Source: Sandaracinaceae bacterium (GTDB lineage Bacteria; Myxococcota_A; Polyangia; Polyangiales; Sandaracinaceae). From it: a stretch of DNA of 64,000 nucleotides. A program made the translations under genes and the position numbers. Each line of letters begins with the position of its first letter. Within the stretch, counting starts at the first letter, position 1. The stretch lies in assembly GCA_045106715.1 (NCBI GenBank), contig JBGCFC010000009.1, forward strand, positions 1 to 64,000. Direction: 5' to 3'. The notes below the pieces were generated by a model, which saw only the letters and a list, made by a program, of their open reading frames with translations, did no database searches and was not told where the DNA came from. Positions 43,201 through 52,125 of the stretch are shown in pieces.

Positions 43201-43966
43201 GGGATTCCAGTACACCCACGCGGGCGCACGTGGGGCCCCGTTCGGCTACGTGCCGCCGACCCTGCAAGGCATGGACGCGCTGATGCTCAACGAGGAGGCG
43301 GAGCGCGTGCGGTTGCCCGAGGGTGACGACGCTGAGCACCGCCGCAGCGTCGAGGTCGACGTGGAGCTTCAGCGGGACGGTGACGCGCGCATCCGCGTGG
43401 TGGAGACCTTCCGCGGTGCGGGGGCGATCCTCTGGCGCAACCAGCTGGAGGGCATCCCGGACGCCCGGCTCGAGGATCAGTTCGAAGCGGCCTACGTCGC
43501 GAACCTGCTGCAGGGCGCCGAGCTGACGCGCCTCGTCATCACGGGGCGTGAAGACCCGAGCCAGCCTCTGGTGCTTCGGTACGACGTCAACGTGGGTGGC
43601 TTCGCGCGCCGTGACGGCGCCTCGCTTCTGGTGCCGCCGGTGTTTCTCGCGCAGCTCGGGCCGCAGCTCGCGCGCGTCGCCTCGAGGAACATTCCGCAGC
43701 TCATCGGCGGGGCCATCGACCTCGAGGTGAGCGTGCGCGTTCGTCTGCCGGAGGGGATGACGCCGGCCGCGTTGCCCGCGCCGGTCTCGCTGACGGGCCT
43801 CGGCGCCGAGGTGGAGGCGAGCCACACCTCGGCTGACGGCGAGATCCACATCGAGCGGCGCTACCACGTGCCGCGCATGCGCGTGGCACCGGCCGACTAC
43901 CCGACACTGGCGCGCTTCAGCCGGGCGGCTGACGAGGCAGAGGTGCTCGAGCTGCGGGTCGAATGA
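40280..43966 (+). CDS. Lipoprotein paralog of the 36648 gene (TPR + transglutaminase-like fold) lacking the catalytic Cys
   Basis: The GTG start overlaps the upstream stop (GTGA). The lipobox is LLFVACGG. It has the same domain order, but the transglutaminase region reads ...ARTGNRTRVYRYLLDMAGIEAELALAR... with no Cys. Confidence 0.65.
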   Translation: MTLHRTLLSLSCLLFVACGGARHAETLTIDDVRARAESAPDDPAAQRALAEAEFLMRGGDPARVEDAFERARRLNPDDLGLVFLGAVEREMHGHPSDALDAFLDVIARSRTSADPRAAAFAQVAAAEIEGLDDAVPNFADRVAEGLGPIHAEPGGIGDGARATIADLLIDIAYRQGNVDRVAALTAAQRCGTEWRIAGPFGPRHLLGFQQALAPDTDDTLSGEYELGPARGARETRTLQARGCNVHLGGGPVAGPGTTFAETTLEIPSAGRWVLRVETPNAVQVFVDGDPVAQIDRRREPSGRASFHALDLTAGSHRVRVRVTTRHPNPVLHVSASQTAGTPGGAALSAADLTTALLEAQLAMARGDVVRARELMRTHVHEDGAPVFLIAASAATLNDPLRSGGVRHDTARRLLGWAAERDEAVWYPRLTLAQLEANEGRDVNAIEVLRASAERWPELVIFPLQLNDLLTARGWHAQADEAVANARAAVSSACRPLRAELNRARRRHRAAEALSAAQAIVACDARSDALLTLRVRRREWDAARAELARLAELEPEQSTIGELQAELEMAQARGDEAEVRRLIGALRTRIPRGDQLVLASADRQLAAGDAQSARGTLRDAMAADPQAMMGLQRVNWAVGGTMPLEAFRRDGGEVISDLEASDRQYEEPMVLVFDYTVYRVFEDGSMLELTHNIFRLQSQEAVDRMGEYAVPEGAHMLTLRTVKADGTRLEPDEIAGKDTISFPSLSPGDYIEFEYVRGHEPPAGYPGGFIGDRFYFRNYETPFDLSQLTVVTPSAMELTLDPRGEAPETELEERDGLRVHRWTARESRPFSQEPASIPAREFFPSVYWGRGADWDLYIESLRDVLADRDMRDPAAERLVAGIVGPESSTPEQRAARIYQWVLENIEDSQDVFGSAPAMVAARTGNRTRVYRYLLDMAGIEAELALARSFGADRHEGVLPDDDTYQNLVVRLRGTTGFQYTHAGARGAPFGYVPPTLQGMDALMLNEEAERVRLPEGDDAEHRRSVEVDVELQRDGDARIRVVETFRGAGAILWRNQLEGIPDARLEDQFEAAYVANLLQGAELTRLVITGREDPSQPLVLRYDVNVGGFARRDGASLLVPPVFLAQLGPQLARVASRNIPQLIGGAIDLEVSVRVRLPEGMTPAALPAPVSLTGLGAEVEASHTSADGEIHIERRYHVPRMRVAPADYPTLARFSRAADEAEVLELRVE

Positions 43967-44000
43967 GCGTCCAGAGCGGCGTCTGTGCAACAATGGCGGG

Positions 44001-45131
44001 ATGAACCGCACTCTTCCCGCTCTCCTTGTTTGCCTTGGCTGCGTCGTCGGCTTCGGCTGCGACGACAACACTCCACGCACGGATGGAGGCGGCGGCACGC
44101 CGGACACCGGCACGCCCCCCATGGTGGACGGCGGCACGGACGCCGGGACGCCGCCCATCACGCCTTGCACTCCGTTCATGTCAGGCAGCGGATGCGCCGC
44201 GGGCGAGTGGTGCTTCCCGGACCCGGAGACCGCGGGCATGGGCGGCTGCTTCGAGGCGGGCAGCGCGGCCGCGGGCGCGGCGTGTGAGCTGTTGACCGAC
44301 TGCATCGCAGACCACGGCTGCGTGGGCATGACCTGCGAGCGTCTGTGCGACCCCGACGTCACGGGCCAGTGCGGTGCGAATGAAGTGTGCTCACGCCTGG
44401 CCGGGACGGACGGCATGGCGCTCGCTATCGGAGCCTGCCTGCCAGGGTGCACCGCGTGGGAGCCCGACGCGGCGACGGCCGGCTGCATGGCGACCGAGTG
44501 GTGTGCGCCCGACGGTGTGACGCCCGACCTCGGACGCTGCCGCGATGGAAGCGGAACGGGCATGGACGGCGCGGCCTGCGGAACGGGCATGCCCGCGTGC
44601 GCCCCAGGCAACTTCTGCCTGGGCGCGGCGGGTGGCGGCGCGACCTGCTCGCCCGTCTGCAAGCCGGGAGCGGCCGCGGGCGCGCCGGGCGGTGACGTCT
44701 GCGAAGGCGGCGAGGCGTGCTTCCCGCTCGTCCGCGTGGCGGACGGCGAGAGCCTCGAGACCGGCTCGTGCGGTCCCACGTGCGACTACGATGCCGAGAC
44801 CGCCTGCGCGGACAGCACACGCACGTGCGCACCCGGTGAGCTCTTCGAGAGCGTGCCCGACCGCTGCATCAACATCGCCTCGCCGCTCAACGAGGGCGAC
44901 GACTGCGCGGCGGCGAGTCTCGAGACCGGCGCCACGTGCGGTGCGACCAGCGCGTGCCTCGAGTCGGCCGCGCTCGGGATGACCGGCGTGCGCTGCTACG
45001 AGCTCTGTCGGACCAGCGAGGGCGCGATCGGCTCCTCGGCGCACCCCGACTGCACCCGCGCCGACGCTGTCTGTACCATGATCGCCGCCGACCTCCCGTT
45101 CGGCATCTGCGGCGCCGCCGCCGGTAGCTGA
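44001..45131 (+). CDS. Cys/Gly-rich lipoprotein
   Basis: The N-terminus MNRTLPALLVCLGCVVGFGCDD has a lipobox. About 40 Cys occur in repeating C..G..C patterns. Confidence 0.6.
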   Translation: MNRTLPALLVCLGCVVGFGCDDNTPRTDGGGGTPDTGTPPMVDGGTDAGTPPITPCTPFMSGSGCAAGEWCFPDPETAGMGGCFEAGSAAAGAACELLTDCIADHGCVGMTCERLCDPDVTGQCGANEVCSRLAGTDGMALAIGACLPGCTAWEPDAATAGCMATEWCAPDGVTPDLGRCRDGSGTGMDGAACGTGMPACAPGNFCLGAAGGGATCSPVCKPGAAAGAPGGDVCEGGEACFPLVRVADGESLETGSCGPTCDYDAETACADSTRTCAPGELFESVPDRCINIASPLNEGDDCAAASLETGATCGATSACLESAALGMTGVRCYELCRTSEGAIGSSAHPDCTRADAVCTMIAADLPFGICGAAAGS

Positions 45132-45154
45132 GGCAGCTCGCCTCACGGCAACGA

Positions 45155-45190
45155 GGCCCGGTGGGAGTGTCCCGCCGGGCCTTCTTCCGT
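45155..45190. terminator. Candidate bidirectional terminator hairpin between convergent genes
   Basis: The hairpin GGCCCGGtgggagtgtcccgCCGGGCC is followed by ttcttcc. Confidence 0.5.
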
Positions 45191-45215
45191 GGTGCGAGAT
45201 GATCCGAGCTCCCGC

Positions 45216-45482
45216 CTACGTCCGGTTGAAACCAGGATCATCTCGGATCCCGAGGTGTCGCTCGACGAGCCACTCCAGATACTGCGCTTGTTCACCGGAC
45301 TCGACGGTGACTCCCTTGGGGACCGCTGGATGGATGAGGGAAGCGTACAGACCTGCAGGCAGCGAGAAGGGTGTGTCGCAGGCGCGGCAGTGCGCGGCCC
45401 GCGTTTCGAGGTTCACGTCGCCCACTTCGATGTGCTCGTCGCAGAGCGGACACGAGTAGGGGGAGGAGGAGTCGTCGGGCAC
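45216..45482 (-). CDS. Small zinc-ribbon protein (CPLC...CRAC)
   Basis: A GTG start gives 88 aa with two CxxC pairs. No SD was recognised. Confidence 0.4.
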   Translation of the reverse strand: MPDDSSSPYSCPLCDEHIEVGDVNLETRAAHCRACDTPFSLPAGLYASLIHPAVPKGVTVESGEQAQYLEWLVERHLGIRDDPGFNRT

Positions 45483-45675
45483 GCCGTCGGAAGGTACCGC
45501 TCCGGGGAGGTGTGGCCTAGGTCACGCCGCACCCCAGCGGGACCCGGTCGCGCTCGTCGATCCGCATCACGACTTCCCCCTCGGCCATCCCGATGTCCTC
45601 GGCGGAGGTCGCAACGCGCCTCGGCGGCGCGAGCGGGCCCCGCTGCGGCGCGTCCCTCTCGCCGATGCGGTCCAC

Positions 45676-46923
45676 CTAGGGATTCGAAGGCGCTGCGATG
45701 ACCTGGCAGGCGCGCTGCTCGCCGAGCTCACACGCCTGCTGAAAGAGCACACGGGCGCGCTCTCGGTCACGGGGTACGCCCGTGCCGCTCGCGAACGCCG
45801 CCGCCAGATTGAAGCAGCCGATGCCCGAGCCGGCGCGGCAGCTTCGCTCGAAGAGCTCCCCCGCACGCCCGTGATCCTGCTCGACGCCGCGGGCCGTCGA
45901 GTAGAGGCTGCCGAGGGCGACGCACGCGCCGAGCTGTCCGCCCTCGCAGCCACGCTCGAAACAGAGCCGGGCGTTGTCGTAGTCCTCCGCCGCCTCGTTG
46001 AGCTGACCGAGCGCGAGGCAGCCGGCGCGCTCATCGTCGGTGCACGCGCCCTCGAAGTAGGTGCGGGCGCGGGCCGGGTCGGCCTCCACCCCGTGTCCGG
46101 CGGCGTACAGCGCGCCGAGGTTGACGCAGGGTTCGGCTTGCCCGGCTTCGCACGCGGCCTGGTAAATGCTCAATGCGCGCGCGAGGTCCTGTGTGACGCC
46201 TCGGCCTTCCTCGTAGAGCGTGCCGAGTCGGGCACAGCTCGCGCCGACGTTGGCCTCGCACGCCCGCTCATAGAGCTCGGCGGCCCGCGTGGCCCCGGTC
46301 GACGCGTTGGGGCCGTGTTCGAGCAGGACGGCCAAGTTGTGGCAGGCGCCCGGGTCGCCACCGTCGCAGCCGCGCGTGTAGAGGGCCTCCGCGCCCTCAC
46401 GATCGCGGCCCCCCCCAACGCCAGACTCGCGAAGCATGCCGAGGTTGTTGCATGCGGCGACCACGGGGCCCTCGCACGCACGCTCGAACAGGCTCGCCGC
46501 GCGCGCGGGGTCAGGCTCCTCTCCCGCGGGTGGACGAAGCAGGGCGATGGCTTGGTTGTAACAACCGAACAGGTCACCGCCTTCGCAGCCACGGTTGAAC
46601 AGGTTGCGCGCGCGAACGGGATCGGAGGCCACCCCGCGCCCGACGTAGTACCGCGTGCCCAGCGCGGTGCATCCGCGTGGCTCGCCGCCCTCGCAGGCCT
46701 GCTCGTAGAGCGCCACCGCGTGGGCGTCGTCCATCTCTTCGCCGACCCCCGTCTCGTACGCGCGCCCAAGCTCCAGACACGCGCCGGCGTCTCCTGCCTC
46801 GCACGAGGCTCGCGGGTTTGCTTCGGTCGTGGCCGGCGACGGCGCCCCTCCGCAGCCGGTGGCAAGCAGCGCGAGCAGCGCACTTCGGAGCAGGCCCTCG
46901 GAAAGCTGGTGCATACGCCGCAT
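45676..46923 (-). CDS. Sel1-like repeat (SLR) lipoprotein
   Basis: A GGAAGG SD sits 5 nt upstream. The lipobox is LLALLATGCGG. About nine Sel1-type repeats are present (A.LYE.AC..G...GC.NLG.LY..G.GV..D...A...). Confidence 0.75.
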   Translation of the reverse strand: MRRMHQLSEGLLRSALLALLATGCGGAPSPATTEANPRASCEAGDAGACLELGRAYETGVGEEMDDAHAVALYEQACEGGEPRGCTALGTRYYVGRGVASDPVRARNLFNRGCEGGDLFGCYNQAIALLRPPAGEEPDPARAASLFERACEGPVVAACNNLGMLRESGVGGGRDREGAEALYTRGCDGGDPGACHNLAVLLEHGPNASTGATRAAELYERACEANVGASCARLGTLYEEGRGVTQDLARALSIYQAACEAGQAEPCVNLGALYAAGHGVEADPARARTYFEGACTDDERAGCLALGQLNEAAEDYDNARLCFERGCEGGQLGACVALGSLYSTARGVEQDHGRAGELFERSCRAGSGIGCFNLAAAFASGTGVPRDRERARVLFQQACELGEQRACQVIAAPSNP

Positions 46924-47003
46924 CGTACCTTCCGCCGCGTCCCGCGTGCTCGGAATCGAGTGCCCAAGCCGGCAGCCGCCGGGCGGCGGGTGTAGCTACG
47001 GAG

Positions 47004-48386
47004 ATGCTCCACCGCGTCACGACCCTCACCACGCTGACGATCCTGCTTCTTGGTTGCGACGGCGGCGAGGGTGTTCCCAACGCGTCGATGGATGCCGCGC
47101 CCGTGTGCACGGCCGACTCCTGCGACGATGGGCTGTTCTGCAACGGAGCGGAGACATGCGGGGCCGACGGCGCGTGCGCGCCGGGAACGGCACCGTGCGC
47201 GGTGTGCGACGAGACGGCGGATCGCTGCGACGACTGCGCGACGATGGGAGACGCGGACGGCGACGGGGCCATCTCCCTCGGGTGCGGGGGACGACTGCGA
47301 TGACAACGACGCGCGGAGGTTCCCGGGGGCGACCGAGATCTGCGACGCGGAGAACCTCGACGAGGACTGCGACGGGTCAACCATCGGGGAGATGGGCGGA
47401 GACCGGGACGGGGACGGATATGTCCACGCTCTGCTGCAATGGCGCTCAGTGCGGTGACGACTGCGACGACACGCGGATCGCGGTCAACCCGGGTGCAGGC
47501 GAGATCTGCAACGAAGTCGACGACGACTGCAACGGCATGATCGACGAGGGCGTGCTTCTGACGTTCTACCGGGACGTGGACGGAGACAACTTCGGCGACG
47601 ACACCATGACGACGCTCGGCTGCTCGGCGACCGTGGGGTTTACCGTCGCTCCCGGCGATTGCGACGACATGAGCGCGGCGAGGAACCCGGGCAACCCCGA
47701 GGACCGCGCTGTGCAGCACGCCGCTGTTCGGCGGTGGCGTGAGCGGCATGTTCCTCGCGCGGGCGTCTGAGCGTCGCGGGGCCGCTGCCTACTACGACGA
47801 CCCGCTGGAGCTGGGCTACGGCGAACTGAGCTTCGCCCCGACCGTGGCCATCAATGCGCCCGCGGACCCCGGTTTCCTTCAGTCGGGTCTTTCGTTGGTG
47901 CTCGCGGACGACCCTCCAGGAGAGCTGCTCGGAACGGTCGACATCTCGAGCACCCCCACGGGCGTGCCGTTCCGTCGGACGGGGCTCGCCGTGGAGTGGT
48001 GGTTCTATGTGCCCTTCGTGGGCGACGATGACCGTCTCGTCATCCGGCAGCTCACCGGCAGCGGCAATGGAGCGATACTCGGGACGTGCAGCGTGCCACC
48101 GAGCGCGGAGGTCCAGGAGGCGGGGGCGAGCGAGCACTCGATCGAGCTCAGGTACCGCCCGGCCAACAGCCACACGGGCGCGACCAAGCGCGTGCAGGTC
48201 TGGCTCGACGGCGCGATGGTGTGTGAGTCCCTCGACGCGCGCTTGCCTGATTGGGCGCAGGGGCAGGAGCTCTTCGCCGGCATGACCGGCGAGAACCGGG
48301 CGACCCCGGGCGTGTCCATCCGATGGATCCGAGCGGACAGTGCGTCCAGTCTCGCGCCGGTGGAGCTGGCGGGAAGCTGCCTCTGA
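47004..48386 (+). pseudogene. MopE-repeat lipoprotein with C-terminal lectin/LamG-like domain, interrupted by three 1-nt frameshifts
   Basis: The N-terminus is MLHRVTTLTTLTILLLGCDGG. The reading frame moves 0->1 at about 47286-47290 (a GGGGG run), 1->2 at about 47420-47425, and 2->0 at about 47690-47740. Each segment carries coherent CGDDCDD...NPGAxEICN..DDDCNG motifs. Confidence 0.5.
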
Positions 48387-48396
48387 AGGAGGAGCG

Positions 48397-49305
48397 CTAC
48401 GCGCTTTGTTTGCGGGGCGCTTCGAACCCGCCGCGCTTGGCCACCCGGACGATCGACTTCACGTAGTGCGGCCAGAGCGCGCGTGGCATGTCGTGGCCCA
48501 TCCCGTCGATTACGTCGAGGGTCGCGCCTTCAATGGCGCGCGCCGTCAGTCGCCCGCCGATGGGCCGAATGAGCGGGTCCTTGGCGCCGTGGATCACGTG
48601 GGTGGGCGCGCGCACGAAGCGCAGGTGCGCGGTGCGGTCTCCGCTCGCGGCGATGGCGGCGAACTGCCGGAGGAAGCCGACCGGGTGGAATCCGCGGTCG
48701 AAGGCCTTGCCGGCGCGACCCCGCACCTCGTCGAAGTCGAGCTCGTAGTCGGGGGAGCCGATGACGCCGAACAGTCGAGCGGCGTTCTCGACCGCCTCAT
48801 CGCGCGTCTTGGGCGCCCCGCTGAGCAGCGCGCGGAGCGCGTGGGGTTCTGTCATGTAATGACCGGTGGCTCCGGTCGTGCTCATGATCGAGGTCAGCGA
48901 GCGGACCCTCTCAGGGTGGGTGTATCCCATCGTCTGGGCGATCATCCCGCCCATCGACGCCCCGACGACATGCGCGCTGTCGTGCCCCAGGAAGTCCAGC
49001 AGCTGCGCGGTGTCGTCTGCCATGTCGGCCAGCGTGTAAGGCGCCTTGGCCCGCAGCCCGAAGAGGGCGCTGAACATGTTCCAGCCCATCGGCGGGACCT
49101 CGAGGTCGTCGAGCCAGCTCGACTCTCCGATGTCTCGGTTGTCGAAACGGATGACGCGAAACCCCTCGTCCGCGATCATTCGGCAGAGGTCCGCCGGCCA
49201 GTAGATCATCTGGGCACCGATGCCCATGATCATCACCAGCGGTTCACCTTCGCCGAACTCCTCGTAGCAGAGCTCGATCCCCTTCGGCAGCGTCGCGCGT
49301 TTCAC
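48397..49305 (-). CDS. Alpha/beta-fold hydrolase
   Basis: A GTG start at 49305 is the preferred call; an ATG at 49404 would overlap the upstream gene. Motifs include LVMIMGIG, the nucleophile elbow HVVGASMGG, and a C-terminal GMGHD. Confidence 0.7.
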   Translation of the reverse strand: MKRATLPKGIELCYEEFGEGEPLVMIMGIGAQMIYWPADLCRMIADEGFRVIRFDNRDIGESSWLDDLEVPPMGWNMFSALFGLRAKAPYTLADMADDTAQLLDFLGHDSAHVVGASMGGMIAQTMGYTHPERVRSLTSIMSTTGATGHYMTEPHALRALLSGAPKTRDEAVENAARLFGVIGSPDYELDFDEVRGRAGKAFDRGFHPVGFLRQFAAIAASGDRTAHLRFVRAPTHVIHGAKDPLIRPIGGRLTARAIEGATLDVIDGMGHDMPRALWPHYVKSIVRVAKRGGFEAPRKQSA

Positions 49306-49318
49306 GTTTGGACGCGGC

Positions 49319-50242
49319 TCAGCGGTAGGTGAAGCGGACTTCGTAGTCGCAGAGTTGGTAGACGTCGCCCTCGTCGATCCGCTTGCTGTCGATCTTGCGG
49401 CCATGGAACTCGACGCCGTTGGTGGACCCGAGGTCCTTCATGTACCAGCCGCCGTTCTGCCAGATGACGGCTGCGTGGCGTCGGCTGATGTTGCCGTCCT
49501 TGATGGGCAGGTCGGCGGTCTTGGTGCCACGACCGATGATGAACTCTTCCTTGGCCACGGGGAACTTCTGCCCGTTGAAGATCACGTACATCGGGATCAT
49601 CTGGCCGGGGTGCGCATGGCCCCCTCCTCCGCCCGGAAGCGGGGGTGGCGGGGCCTGGTGCTGATGGTGCTGCTGCTGCTGCTGCGGAGGCGTGCCATGC
49701 ATGGGCTGGCCGCCGAATCCACCCTGCTGAGCGGGGTAGGGGTTCGCCTGGGCTGCCGGTGCGCCGTAGCCGCCGCCGGGGCGATTGGTCGGGGGAGGAG
49801 GCGGGTAGCTGGACGGACGCTGCGGCACCTGCGAGCGCTGAGGTACCTGCGCACGTTGCTGCGGCGAGGGGTAGCCCGGGTTTGCTCCGTAGCTCGGCGC
49901 AGGACCGGGAGGCGGGGGCGGGTAGCCAGGAGCCCCGCCGCCGTATCCGCCGCCGTAGCCACCCCCCGGAGGCGGCGGTGGTGCCGACGGGACGGCCGCG
50001 GCGTGGCCGCCATGAGCGGGCGCACTGTGTGCTGGCGCACCATGAGCGGGCGCGGACGGGTGGGCCCCCGGGGCTCCGCCGCGCACGCCGTAGTTTCGCG
50101 AGCGGGCGTATTGCCGCATCGCTTCGTTGATGAGGTAGTCGACCGAGCACTCCAGCTCGCCGCTCATCTGTTCGAAGATCTCCCAGAGGTAGTCCCGGCA
50201 CTGGAACTGACGAAGGGTCTTCTTGTTCTGGTCGTGGTTCAT
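49319..50242 (-). CDS. FHA-domain protein with a long Pro/Gly/Gln-rich linker
   Basis: ATG at 50240-50242 overlaps the upstream stop (ATGA). The C-terminal FHA signature is FIIGRGTKTADLPIKDGNISRRHAAVIWQNGGWYMKDLGSTNGVEF. The central region is ~150 aa of PPPPG/GGYGG/QQQQ low complexity. Confidence 0.75.
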   Translation of the reverse strand: MNHDQNKKTLRQFQCRDYLWEIFEQMSGELECSVDYLINEAMRQYARSRNYGVRGGAPGAHPSAPAHGAPAHSAPAHGGHAAAVPSAPPPPPGGGYGGGYGGGAPGYPPPPPGPAPSYGANPGYPSPQQRAQVPQRSQVPQRPSSYPPPPPTNRPGGGYGAPAAQANPYPAQQGGFGGQPMHGTPPQQQQQHHQHQAPPPPLPGGGGGHAHPGQMIPMYVIFNGQKFPVAKEEFIIGRGTKTADLPIKDGNISRRHAAVIWQNGGWYMKDLGSTNGVEFHGRKIDSKRIDEGDVYQLCDYEVRFTYR

Positions 50243-51813
50243 TCGCCGGAGCCCTCTTCGGTGTCGCCCTCGGTGTCGCCCGCACCCTGGGAGCTGCCTC
50301 GCTGCAGCCTCTCTCGCACCGCGCCGGCGACCGCCTCAGCGACCTTGCCGACCGTGTTCTGGTCTTCCCAGTGTTCGCCCTGCGTCGCCACCTCGTCGCC
50401 CTCGAGCGCCGTGATGCGAGCGACGTCACCCTCTTGTGCACGCCGCTCCCAGAAGTAAAGCGCGATCACGCGATCGAACCACTCCTCGGACTGCAGCTGC
50501 GCGTTGATGAACTCGGTCGGGGGTGGGCTCAGCGCGGCCAGTCGCTCGCCGTAGTTGTACAGCTCCTCCTGGGCGTAGGCCTCGGCCTGCAGGTGCTGGA
50601 AGAACTGCTGCACCACGGCCGCGCCGCCGAGCGAGAGGATCACCGTGCCGATGCGGTAGCGGAACACCCAGTCGCCGGCCGCGTCGTAGGCGGTCCACAG
50701 GCGCGGGAGCACAGCGGTCGAGCGCGTGTCCGTGAGCCGGTCGAAGGCCGCGTCGCGGAGCCGGTCGTAGTCCTCGTTCTGGCGAGGCGGCGGGTCGCTG
50801 ATGAGCGCCAAATCGAGCAGCTGGGTGGCCTGGTCCTGCCGCGCCGCACCTTCGAGCGCGAGCAGCGCCGTCTTGCGCCGGATGAGCATCTGCTCCGACG
50901 TGCCCTCCTCCATCGCGATCGTCAGCAGCCGGTCCTGGACCACGCGCGCATCGTTCAGGTGACGCATGGCGGGCAGGGCGCCCAGCTTGATGTAGTTCTC
51001 TCGGTTGAGCGCGGCGGCCGCGTTCACGCGGTTCTCGTCGACCTCGGTGTCCGGCTGCGCCGCGCGAAGCTGCGCGCGGAGGCGCTCCTGGAGCCAGGAG
51101 AAGAACTCCTCGTCAGTCTCCATCTCTTCTTCGATCGCGACCAAGCGAGCCGCGGCGCGGTTCTTGGTCTCGTCGGTGCCGAGCGCGCCGATCAGCTCGG
51201 CGAGCTTGACGAGCGCCTGGGACGGCATGCGCGCATTCATCGCGTCGACCAGGCGCGAGGCGGCTGGCGCGCCGAGCTGGCGCACGACCTGCTCCGCCGT
51301 GTAGTTGCCCGCCAAGTTCCGGCCATTGAAGTCGACCACGAACCAGTCGACGATCGCCTCCGTCAGCGTCTGCCGTGTCGCTTCGTTCGCGTAGGGAAGC
51401 AGCAGGAACGCGGCGTCCTTCGCACGGATCTGAAGCGGGGGCGCCACCTGGTTGGCGTCGGTGGGCGCGGTGGTGCCGCCCTGCATGAGCTCCATCAAAC
51501 CGCCGGCGATGTCGGTCACCAAGCGCTCCCGGGTCTCCGGCTCGAGCTGGCGCACGGCCGCCTGGAGCTCCACGACCCCGTCGATGGGGTCGTGGTTCGA
51601 GGTGGCGGCGCGTGGCTCCATGCGGACGAGTGCGAGGGCTGCGTACGACCGCAGCGGGTCCTCGTACTTGTCGGCCAACAGCACGGCGACGATCTTTCCG
51701 GGACCCTTTTGGGTGCCGGTCCATTCGTCGATGTCTTCCTGAGAGACCTTACAACCTGCGAGCGCGAAGCACAGCAGCGCGGATGTCAGGACGGGTACGA
51801 ACGATCGTCGCAT
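50239..51813 (-). CDS. Hypothetical helical-repeat lipoprotein
   Basis: ATG at 51811-51813 with a GAGGAAGA SD. The N-terminus MRRSFVPVLTSALLCFALAGCK has a lipobox. The protein is alpha-helical with an acidic C-terminal tail. Confidence 0.6.
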   Translation of the reverse strand: MRRSFVPVLTSALLCFALAGCKVSQEDIDEWTGTQKGPGKIVAVLLADKYEDPLRSYAALALVRMEPRAATSNHDPIDGVVELQAAVRQLEPETRERLVTDIAGGLMELMQGGTTAPTDANQVAPPLQIRAKDAAFLLLPYANEATRQTLTEAIVDWFVVDFNGRNLAGNYTAEQVVRQLGAPAASRLVDAMNARMPSQALVKLAELIGALGTDETKNRAAARLVAIEEEMETDEEFFSWLQERLRAQLRAAQPDTEVDENRVNAAAALNRENYIKLGALPAMRHLNDARVVQDRLLTIAMEEGTSEQMLIRRKTALLALEGAARQDQATQLLDLALISDPPPRQNEDYDRLRDAAFDRLTDTRSTAVLPRLWTAYDAAGDWVFRYRIGTVILSLGGAAVVQQFFQHLQAEAYAQEELYNYGERLAALSPPPTEFINAQLQSEEWFDRVIALYFWERRAQEGDVARITALEGDEVATQGEHWEDQNTVGKVAEAVAGAVRERLQRGSSQGAGDTEGDTEEGSGE

Positions 51814-52125
51814 TCTTCCTCGTCGGGCGGGGTTTCGCGCAGACACATGAGCCAAGGCGAGACACGCGACGCGTGCCCCGGCCGAGGTGGCCCCCGATAG
51901 TAGAGGAATCCGGCTCTCAATCAAGATCGCCGTGACCCAGTCTCCTCGCGGCTCCCGCTGGCTCCGTGCCCGGATGGTCAGGAACGTGACCCGGACGAGC
52001 AGACGTGAGAGCCAGTGAACACGGCTGCGCGTCCCTCGAGGCGCGGGTCCGAGCGCGGTGGAACGCGCCGAACTTGACGAACCGGGGCCTGATCAACGAG
52101 GCTCCGATGTAGGGAGGTTGTCTAC

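Noticed and set aside
40235-44779. 1514-aa ORF on the minus strand
   Set aside because: It is antisense across two well-supported plus-strand genes (transglutaminase-like paralog and Cys-rich lipoprotein). The product is low-complexity Arg/Ala/Pro-rich.
51814-52125. Possible sigma-70-like promoter (TTGACG ...) upstream of ftsK
   Set aside because: Spacing to any -10-like hexamer is poor. Myxobacterial promoters are not reliably called by eye, so it is left unannotated.
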